Below are positions 1 through 6,137 of a DNA stretch of 29,852 nt, piece by piece. A model generated the notes under the pieces. The model was not told where the DNA came from and did no database searches. It was given only the letters and a program-made list of their open reading frames with translations. This stretch comes from Nitrosopumilaceae archaeon. Lineage in GTDB: Archaea > Thermoproteota > Nitrososphaeria > Nitrososphaerales > Nitrosopumilaceae. Position 1 is the first letter of the stretch; the number at the start of each line of letters is the position of its first letter. The DNA is taken from contig DASSAF010000286.1 in NCBI GenBank assembly GCA_035685565.1, forward strand, positions 1-29,852, read 5' to 3'. The position numbers were made by a program, and so were the translations under genes.

Positions 1-59
1 TCTATCTCAGCTTTGAAAAAACCTGTAATATGACCTGGACAGAAGGCTATTGCCTGCAT
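1..59 (-). CDS. Pantoate kinase (GHMP kinase family), 5' fragment running off the window edge
   Basis: Manual translation from ATG at 59: MQAIAFCPGHITGFFKAEI; AFxPGHITGFF is the typical N-terminus of archaeal pantoate kinases (COG1829). Not in the ORF track. Confidence 0.8.
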   Translation of the reverse strand, partial: MQAIAFCPGHITGFFKAEI

Positions 60-121
60 GGTAGAATTTAAATTTGAGTAAAATATAAAAATGATGATTA
101 AATTATTTATATTGATTTAAA

Positions 122-1099
122 CTGACTAAATTCATTCGGCGTCTGCAAAAAATTGGTAGTAGTATTCTGGTTTCACTTCCAAAAGAATGGATTGATACAA
201 ACAAGTTAGAAAAAAGTGATGAAGTTGAAATAGAAACTGGTTCAGACAGTCTTTCCATTACTCCATCAGGAGATATCAAGCCATTAAAGGAAGTAACAAT
301 ATCATACCCTGTTTCAAAAGAAGAAAATGTTATTGCAGATATAACAGGTGCCTATCTTCTTGGATATGATATAATCAAGATCAAGGGCAAATCAACTATT
401 TCAATTGAAGACAGAGAAAAGATTAGGACATCAATGCGTAGATTGGTTGGTATGGAAATTGTTGACGAAGACTCGGCAAATGTAAATGTACATTTTTTAT
501 TGGATGCAAAAACACTTAGTGCCGAAAAAATTCTAAAACGTATGAGTACAATTGCACTTGGAATGTTTCGTGATACATTAAACACATTGACATCTGGTGA
601 CAAGACTGTACTACAAACAATGGTGAATCGTGATGATGAAATAGATAGACAATATTTCCTACTTGTAAGATTGATTCGAAGTACCATGGTTGACAAGAAG
701 CTTGCTAATGCATTAAATCTTGAAAATATTGATATTTTAGATTATAGAATAGCGGCAAATCTTCTTGAGGCTGCAGGTGATACTATAGTAGAACTTGCTA
801 ACTCACTTACAGGTTTATCATTAATGCCAACTGATATCAAAAAGATCTATGATGTTGCAAAAGAAATTGAAAAAATTCATGAAAAGTCCATTGAGGCATT
901 CATTAGTCATAACAGATCGCTTGCAATTGAAGCTATTGCACTACATAGGATATATCATAAGAAAATTTCCGAGATTCGTTCCTTACTTGAGACAAAAAAA
1001 CGAACTTCAATTGATCTGTTTGATATTGTTTATTCCTTTGATAGGATTGCTCGCTGTTGGAACGATATAGCTGATCTTGTAAAGCCAGTTTACATATAA
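122..1099 (+). CDS. AbrB-domain + PhoU-domain phosphate uptake regulator family protein
   Basis: Track ORF 434..1099 extends in frame to 122: (M)TKFIRRLQKIGSSILVSLPKEWID is an AbrB/SpoVT-like N-terminus; PhoU-like helical repeats follow. In-frame TGA at 113-115 limits the start, implying CTG at 122. Confidence 0.85.
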   Translation: MTKFIRRLQKIGSSILVSLPKEWIDTNKLEKSDEVEIETGSDSLSITPSGDIKPLKEVTISYPVSKEENVIADITGAYLLGYDIIKIKGKSTISIEDREKIRTSMRRLVGMEIVDEDSANVNVHFLLDAKTLSAEKILKRMSTIALGMFRDTLNTLTSGDKTVLQTMVNRDDEIDRQYFLLVRLIRSTMVDKKLANALNLENIDILDYRIAANLLEAAGDTIVELANSLTGLSLMPTDIKKIYDVAKEIEKIHEKSIEAFISHNRSLAIEAIALHRIYHKKISEIRSLLETKKRTSIDLFDIVYSFDRIARCWNDIADLVKPVYI

Positions 1100-1266
1100 C
1101 CATATTCACACGTCATTTGAGCATGTTTTATACCCGTTAAAGACAAACACAAGGGATCGGAGTGAAAGATGTCCAAAATGTAAAGTACAGGAACTCAGCG
1201 TTCAATTCAAGACGATAGACGTCTGAATCGTGAGCAATTTATTTAACCTCATAAAATACATGATGA

Positions 1267-2910
1267 ATGAAATTTAATCAATTTTTTGTCCCAGTAACTG
1301 TCTTTATTATTATGATTGGAATTTGGGCTATTACTCCAAATATTACTCATGCAATGACGCCAACTCCAACAATAATACCAACAGACCTAACTGCAACAGC
1401 AGTCTCCCCAACTCAGATCAACCTTTCATGGAATGCACCAACACAAAACTATGGAAAAACTATCATTGGTTACAAAATTGAACAGAAATTAAACAGTGGT
1501 AAATATTTTACATTAATAGAAAATTCAAACAGAATAATTACTACGTATTCTTTGACTGGATTGACAACTGATACAACTTACACTTACAAAGTAGCAGCGG
1601 TTTACTCTGATGATACTAGTACAGATCTATCAAATGCAGCATCTGCAACTCCGACCAAAACATCTGTACCTCCACCAACTCCCCCGTCTACATCTCCAAT
1701 TACAAACGTAAAATTAGATTTTACACCGTCTGATGGAACTACACTAACAGCCGTCATAATAACACAAAGTGATTATCAACAATTACAATATCAAAAAAAT
1801 TCTAGAAGTATAATATCTAACGCGGTATCAACAACAGAAACAATAACTAATGATTTGGCTGGAATTCTAACATATCAGAATTATCATTTAAGCCCAGCTT
1901 CAGTACCTGGACCACTTATGGCAAAAGCAGTCTCTCCAACCCAAATCAACCTTTCTTGGCTTCCGCCATTAGAGAACTACCAACAAAAAGTAATTGGTTA
2001 CAAAATTGACTTGAAACGAGTTCCAGGTGATTATGTCATAATAGATGATAATACTGGTAATAGTACTACAAAATATTCAATCGTTGGTCTGAAGACTGAT
2101 GCTACATACACTTACAGAGTAGCGGCCATTTATTCTGATCATACCACTAGTAATCCATCAAACGAGGCTTCCGCAACCACACTTCAATCATTACCGCCTG
2201 CTCCACAGCCCACACTTCCACCTTCATCAAATACAACACTTCCACAACCCACACCAACACCACAACCTGTGATGAATGTAAAATTTGACTTTACAGCATC
2301 TGACGGAACCACATTAACAACTGTCATAATAACACAAAGTGATTATCAACAACTAATAGTCATAAAAGATCCAAGAAGTATAATCTATAATGTAACAGAA
2401 ACAACAGGCACTATAAACAATAATCTATCAGGTCTTCTTAGATATCAGACAATTCATTCTTCTCAAGAAACTACACCTCCTCAACAGACAAACTATACTC
2501 CATCAGTTCCAACCAACACTACTAATTCAGATAACAGACTAGTAGATGGTGTGATTACTGCAATAGTAGCATCAGGAGCAGTATCGATAATCACTTGGTT
2601 TGTTAGAACAAAAATTGCAAAAAAAATAGCAAAAGAATACTACTTTACATTGGAAAAGATCATTGAGGATGCAACTCAGCATGTAAGAATTAGAAATAGT
2701 GGTCCTACAATAGAAGATTGTATTATCTTATGTTCAAATGTGGCATGTGTTTGGACTGACACAAAAACAGATAAACCAAGACACGTCTATGAGGGCAGTA
2801 TTTCGGTAATAAAACTACCTGATGAATTTGGGAATAATCCATTGATTAGTGTTAAGAGTGGCAAGAAAGTTCTAAAAAGGACTCACCTCGATGATATGGC
2901 TTATGGCTAA
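1267..2910 (+). CDS. Fibronectin type III domain surface/membrane protein with duplicated modules
   Basis: Signal peptide, two FN3 domains (PTDLTATAVSPTQINLSW..Y.Y.V.A), P/T-rich linkers, a repeated NVK.DFT.SDGTTLT.VIITQSDYQQL module, TM helix VITAIVASGAVSIITWFV and a C-terminal tail of about 100 aa. Confidence 0.85.
   Translation: MKFNQFFVPVTVFIIMIGIWAITPNITHAMTPTPTIIPTDLTATAVSPTQINLSWNAPTQNYGKTIIGYKIEQKLNSGKYFTLIENSNRIITTYSLTGLTTDTTYTYKVAAVYSDDTSTDLSNAASATPTKTSVPPPTPPSTSPITNVKLDFTPSDGTTLTAVIITQSDYQQLQYQKNSRSIISNAVSTTETITNDLAGILTYQNYHLSPASVPGPLMAKAVSPTQINLSWLPPLENYQQKVIGYKIDLKRVPGDYVIIDDNTGNSTTKYSIVGLKTDATYTYRVAAIYSDHTTSNPSNEASATTLQSLPPAPQPTLPPSSNTTLPQPTPTPQPVMNVKFDFTASDGTTLTTVIITQSDYQQLIVIKDPRSIIYNVTETTGTINNNLSGLLRYQTIHSSQETTPPQQTNYTPSVPTNTTNSDNRLVDGVITAIVASGAVSIITWFVRTKIAKKIAKEYYFTLEKIIEDATQHVRIRNSGPTIEDCIILCSNVACVWTDTKTDKPRHVYEGSISVIKLPDEFGNNPLISVKSGKKVLKRTHLDDMAYG
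1753..2352 (+). repeat. Intragenic direct repeat: identical 30-mer gtcataataacacaaagtgattatcaacaa at 1753-1782 and 2323-2352, part of a larger module duplication
   Basis: Read directly; FN3 copies start near 1399 and 1927 (offset 528), second-module copies near 1708 and 2278 (offset 570). Confidence 0.9.
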
Positions 2911-2925
2911 ATATCTCTAAATAAA

Positions 2926-2943
2926 CAAAAATTAATTAAAAAA
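2926..2943 (-). terminator. U-rich archaeal terminator candidate for the 2951..3622 gene
   Basis: Minus strand reads ttttttaattaatttttg just after the stop codon, in a 40-bp convergent gap. Confidence 0.45.
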
Positions 2944-2950
2944 TTGGGGT

Positions 2951-3622
2951 TTATGCATTTCTATTCAACTTTCCATCTTTGTTGAATAAATTCTGGATTT
3001 TTGTATTTGCAAGATTGTATTTGACGTTCAAGTTCTTGTTGATACTTACCAGTTGGTCTTTGTGGACTGCAGCTGCATTATTGTATGCCTGCAAAGCTTC
3101 TTGCATAGTACCACCATTTTTAAGCACTTGATTCATTGCGTTTCTTGCATTCTGGATCTTTTGTTGCATGAAATTAAATTGATCCCAGAAAAGATTCTGT
3201 GTAGAGTTGTTCACATGTGTTACAAAGCTGGCATATGCATTTTTTGGAGCAGTCAGATCATTTCCATTATTCATACTGGCAAGATCATTTTGTAAATATG
3301 CATTTGCAATTTTACGTTGTTGCTCTATGAACTGGTTTTGCTGATCTACTATCTGTTGTTTTTGTTGCATTGCAGCGTATCTTTGCTTGAATAATTCTAT
3401 GTTTTCAAGAATTTTCATTTCTGTGGGATTGTTCTTTATTGCATCTGTAGCTAATATTGTATTGGTTTTACTAGCTCCAGTATCAGCCCAAGCAAAACCA
3501 AAATTTGTTACAACTATTAGCACTGCAAAAATACTTGCAAAAACACATAGTTGACTTCTCTTATTCATTTTCTTACCTTTGTCGTTAGTTTGCATTTCTC
3601 TATTTTCTATGGTTCCAATCAT
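2951..3622 (-). CDS. Secreted Q/N-rich helical protein of unknown function (thaumarchaeal-type hypothetical)
   Basis: 223-aa ORF; hydrophobic signal region LCVFASIFAVLIVVTNFGFAWA; coiled-coil-like QQKQQ..EQQRKIA. ATG at 3622 has GAGGTGA 7 nt upstream; ATG at 3568 is an alternative start. Confidence 0.85.
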   Translation of the reverse strand: MIGTIENREMQTNDKGKKMNKRSQLCVFASIFAVLIVVTNFGFAWADTGASKTNTILATDAIKNNPTEMKILENIELFKQRYAAMQQKQQIVDQQNQFIEQQRKIANAYLQNDLASMNNGNDLTAPKNAYASFVTHVNNSTQNLFWDQFNFMQQKIQNARNAMNQVLKNGGTMQEALQAYNNAAAVHKDQLVSINKNLNVKYNLANTKIQNLFNKDGKLNRNA

Positions 3623-3629
3623 TTTATTT

Positions 3630-3636
3630 TCACCTC
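3630..3636 (-). promoter_or_regulatory. Shine-Dalgarno GAGGTGA for the 2951..3622 gene
   Basis: Plus strand tcacctc at 3630-3636; archaeal SD consensus with a 7-nt spacer to ATG 3622. Confidence 0.7.
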
Positions 3637-3645
3637 ACTGGTTTC

Positions 3646-3698
3646 TCCCGACAACAAACAACGTTGTTTCGTCCGAGTTTCACGGACTCATCAGGGGA
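3646..3698 (-). ncRNA. Hammerhead ribozyme, type I topology (stem I open)
   Basis: Minus strand UCCC-CUGAUGA-GUCCG-ugaaacu-CGGAC-GAA-ACAAC-guuguuu-GUUGU-C-GGGA: complete core CUGAUGA/GAAA/GUC, 4-bp stem I, 5-bp stem II, 5-bp stem III; predicted cut between 3650 and 3649. Confidence 0.9.
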
Positions 3699-3718
3699 TT
3701 TTTTGTATTCTCCTGTTA

Positions 3719-3949
3719 TCATAAGGACCGCAACACTACTTCCAGCACACTTATCAAACCCCTCTTAACATCATCTCGAAGGATTGTACGGATGATTTTT
3801 TGATATTTATTACCACATATTCCAGAATGTGAGAGTAGATGTCTGTTACAAAAGGCACATCCACAAGTTACACATAGTTTTGTACAGTTCTGTGAACATG
3901 TGTCGCATTGCGATTTCTCAATGCGTTCAATTGTTGGTATTGATGTCAT
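3719..3949 (-). CDS. Small Cys/His-rich zinc-finger protein, 76 aa (B-box/AN1/HIT-like spacing)
   Basis: MTSIPTIERIEKSQCDTCSQNCTKLCVTCGCAFCNRHLLSHSGICGNK..: CxxC-x7-CxxC-x4-CxxH-x3-H-x3-C. Start moved from 4051 to ATG 3949 because a TATA-like tttataat lies about 20 nt upstream. Confidence 0.7.
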   Translation of the reverse strand: MTSIPTIERIEKSQCDTCSQNCTKLCVTCGCAFCNRHLLSHSGICGNKYQKIIRTILRDDVKRGLISVLEVVLRSL

Positions 3950-3968
3950 GGGCACACTTAGCTGAAAA

Positions 3969-3976
3969 ATTATAAA
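3969..3976 (-). promoter_or_regulatory. TATA box candidate (TTTATAAT) for a leaderless zinc-finger transcript
   Basis: Plus attataaa at 3969-3976, 20 nt upstream of ATG 3949; spacing is compatible with an archaeal leaderless mRNA. Confidence 0.5.
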
Positions 3977-3989
3977 TCCATTAGAACAC

Positions 3990-4075
3990 TTTTTGCAACA
4001 AAAAATCCAGAAATTGTACTTTTGTGAGTAAAATGTAGTGCGTAAAAACACCAGTTCAACATTTTTGCAACAAAA
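3990..4075. promoter_or_regulatory. Two palindromic operator-like boxes TTTTG-CAA-CAAAA (3991-4003, 4063-4075)
   Basis: Identical 14-mer tttttgcaacaaaa at 3990-4003 and 4062-4075, 72 bp apart, in the divergent gap beside an Lrp-family gene. Confidence 0.6.
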
Positions 4076-4111
4076 GTGTAGTAAATATTTTTAACATTAG
4101 TATGGGAGCTT

Positions 4112-4879
4112 ATGAGTATGGTGGGTAGGAATACAGATAGTCCTGACAATGTAGTACCTGTGAAAAACATGACCAAGAACGGGATAGGTCCTCTTGATTT
4201 ACTTATTCTTCATGTATTACAAAGTGGTGCGACTCCTGATACAGCAAACAAGGATCTTGAAAAATACGGCTACGTTCTTTCACGTGATAATGTTAAAAAT
4301 AGAGTAGACGAACTCATAAAAAAAGGTGTTATTTTAGAACACAACAACAAAGAAGACAGTAAGAAAGATGACAAAATAAAGTGGATTCTAATAGATCCAA
4401 GCAAATTATTTGATAATCAATGGTATACTTTCATAAAATCACAGAATCCGCTTTTTGAACGAAGAGTAATTCCGTATTCTGAGATGTATAGTAATTTAGT
4501 TGAAATAAGTAGAGAATACGATATAGTGACAGCAATAGACCTTGTTCAGGGAGAAGGTCAAAACTATGATTTCATCTTAAGAATTGCTACAAATGAGCTA
4601 ACTCTTTTTGAAGAATTTATAGAAAAAATCAGGTCCCTTGGATGGGTTCATTCGGTTGATAGTAAACCCATTCACGTACTTGAAGGTGTAGGGCTATCCA
4701 AAAATAATCTAACCAAAGTGCGCACAAACTATTTTTATGAACCGATAAAACTTCCTGACTTTGAAACATATTTGAAGAGTATAAAACAAGTATTTCGTAC
4801 TTATGACACTTACATAAAAGAAGAAGGTTCCTCAAAACAAAAAATTGCTAGAAAAAAAGAAGATGATGATATTGCTTGA
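4112..4879 (+). CDS. Lrp/AsnC family transcriptional regulator (wHTH + RAM-like domain)
   Basis: LDLLILHVLQ..LSRDNVKNRVDELIKKGVI HTH; RAM-like VTAIDLVQGEGQNYDFILRI..FIEKIRSLGWV. Confidence 0.75.
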   Translation: MSMVGRNTDSPDNVVPVKNMTKNGIGPLDLLILHVLQSGATPDTANKDLEKYGYVLSRDNVKNRVDELIKKGVILEHNNKEDSKKDDKIKWILIDPSKLFDNQWYTFIKSQNPLFERRVIPYSEMYSNLVEISREYDIVTAIDLVQGEGQNYDFILRIATNELTLFEEFIEKIRSLGWVHSVDSKPIHVLEGVGLSKNNLTKVRTNYFYEPIKLPDFETYLKSIKQVFRTYDTYIKEEGSSKQKIARKKEDDDIA

Positions 4880-4886
4880 GCTACAA

Positions 4887-6056
4887 ATGATGGCATCACC
4901 GCTTCACAAAAATTTAATAGCAATGTGTCCAATGTGTAATTCTTCTTTACAATTCAAAAATAAAAATTCGTTATTAGAACATGAAGAATTAGATCTTAAA
5001 TGTATTAGATGTAATTCAACATATTCTTTTAAGAATGGTTATCTGAACTTGTTATCACCAAAAATAAGAAAAGAAATTTGTACAAGAGGAATTTTAGCGC
5101 GAAAAATCAAAGATAAATTTCATATGGGTCAGCTTTCCAAAAATGAACAAGATTTAGTCAAAGGAATCCTAGCCAGTAAATACATGGCAAAACAATATTT
5201 TAGAAATGTAGTTCATCCAACACAGGCAGCATGGTCAGCTCGCTCTTACGAGCGATTTGAAGACATTTCCATTGTAAGTTATCTAGATAATCTGTTGAAG
5301 AACAAAGAAGTTACTTTCATTGATGCTGGTTCTGGTCCAGGCAGGTACCTCATATTGTTGGGATCTAAGATTAGCATTAATTCATGCAAGGAATTGAAAA
5401 GAAATTCAGAAATCGCTGCACTTTATAAATATGATGAGATGTATGACAAGAATTTACGTAATATTATTGGAATTGATTATTCGGAAGAAATGATATCACA
5501 TTCTACACGATTATTAAAAAAATACGGGCTTGGTCAATATCTAAATGAAAGAATATTTCCAATCACGGGTATCATACAAAACTTTAATCTTAACCAACAA
5601 GTACTTGATCAAACCCACAAAGTAATCGTATGCACTTTTCAAACATTAGGTAATCAAGAAAACATGGATTTACAAGTGCAATTATTAGAGTCAATGAAGA
5701 AATTGGCTTTGCCACACGGCACAATAATAGTTTCAGTTTTTAATAAAAAATTATTCAAAGATTTTGGATTAAAAACCTTCTATGGAAGGGAAGTAAAGCA
5801 AACTGTTGGAGAAATAATAACTTCAAAACAAGATGAAAATAATTCTATACTTAGAACAAAAAATGGTATTTATTCAAAATGGTTCTCAAAAGATGATTTA
5901 GAACAACTATTCAAAAAAGCAAAGATATCCAACTATAAAATAATGGATGAAAATTTGTTACAACCTATCACTGGTTATGAACAATATTTGAAGGTGGAAG
6001 AACAACATAAAGATGTATTTCCTAGAGCTATAGTTGGATTGGCTGAAGTAAGCTGA
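4887..6056 (+). CDS. Class I SAM-dependent methyltransferase with N-terminal Trm112/RlmA-like Zn ribbon
   Basis: CPMC..LKCIRCNSTYSFKNGYLNLL ribbon; motif I FIDAGSGPGRY; IIGIDYSEEM; CTFQTLGN. ATG 4887/4890 after the Lrp stop preferred over TTG 4845. Confidence 0.8.
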   Translation: MMASPLHKNLIAMCPMCNSSLQFKNKNSLLEHEELDLKCIRCNSTYSFKNGYLNLLSPKIRKEICTRGILARKIKDKFHMGQLSKNEQDLVKGILASKYMAKQYFRNVVHPTQAAWSARSYERFEDISIVSYLDNLLKNKEVTFIDAGSGPGRYLILLGSKISINSCKELKRNSEIAALYKYDEMYDKNLRNIIGIDYSEEMISHSTRLLKKYGLGQYLNERIFPITGIIQNFNLNQQVLDQTHKVIVCTFQTLGNQENMDLQVQLLESMKKLALPHGTIIVSVFNKKLFKDFGLKTFYGREVKQTVGEIITSKQDENNSILRTKNGIYSKWFSKDDLEQLFKKAKISNYKIMDENLLQPITGYEQYLKVEEQHKDVFPRAIVGLAEVS

Positions 6057-6137
6057 GGACACAACAGTTTTAATTTTATACTTTAATCTTACACAGAAAT
6101 CTTACTGATAAACTCTGTTTGCATATCTTCAATTCGA

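Noticed and set aside
3579-3803. 74-aa plus-strand ORF across the ribozyme
   Set aside because: Overlaps two minus-strand genes, TTG start, no motif; the sequence is better explained by the RNA structure.
3950-4176. Upstream extension of the Zn-finger ORF to 4051 and ORF 3970..4176
   Set aside because: They run through the TATA and palindromic boxes with F/K-rich non-coding-like translation; ATG 3949 fits better.
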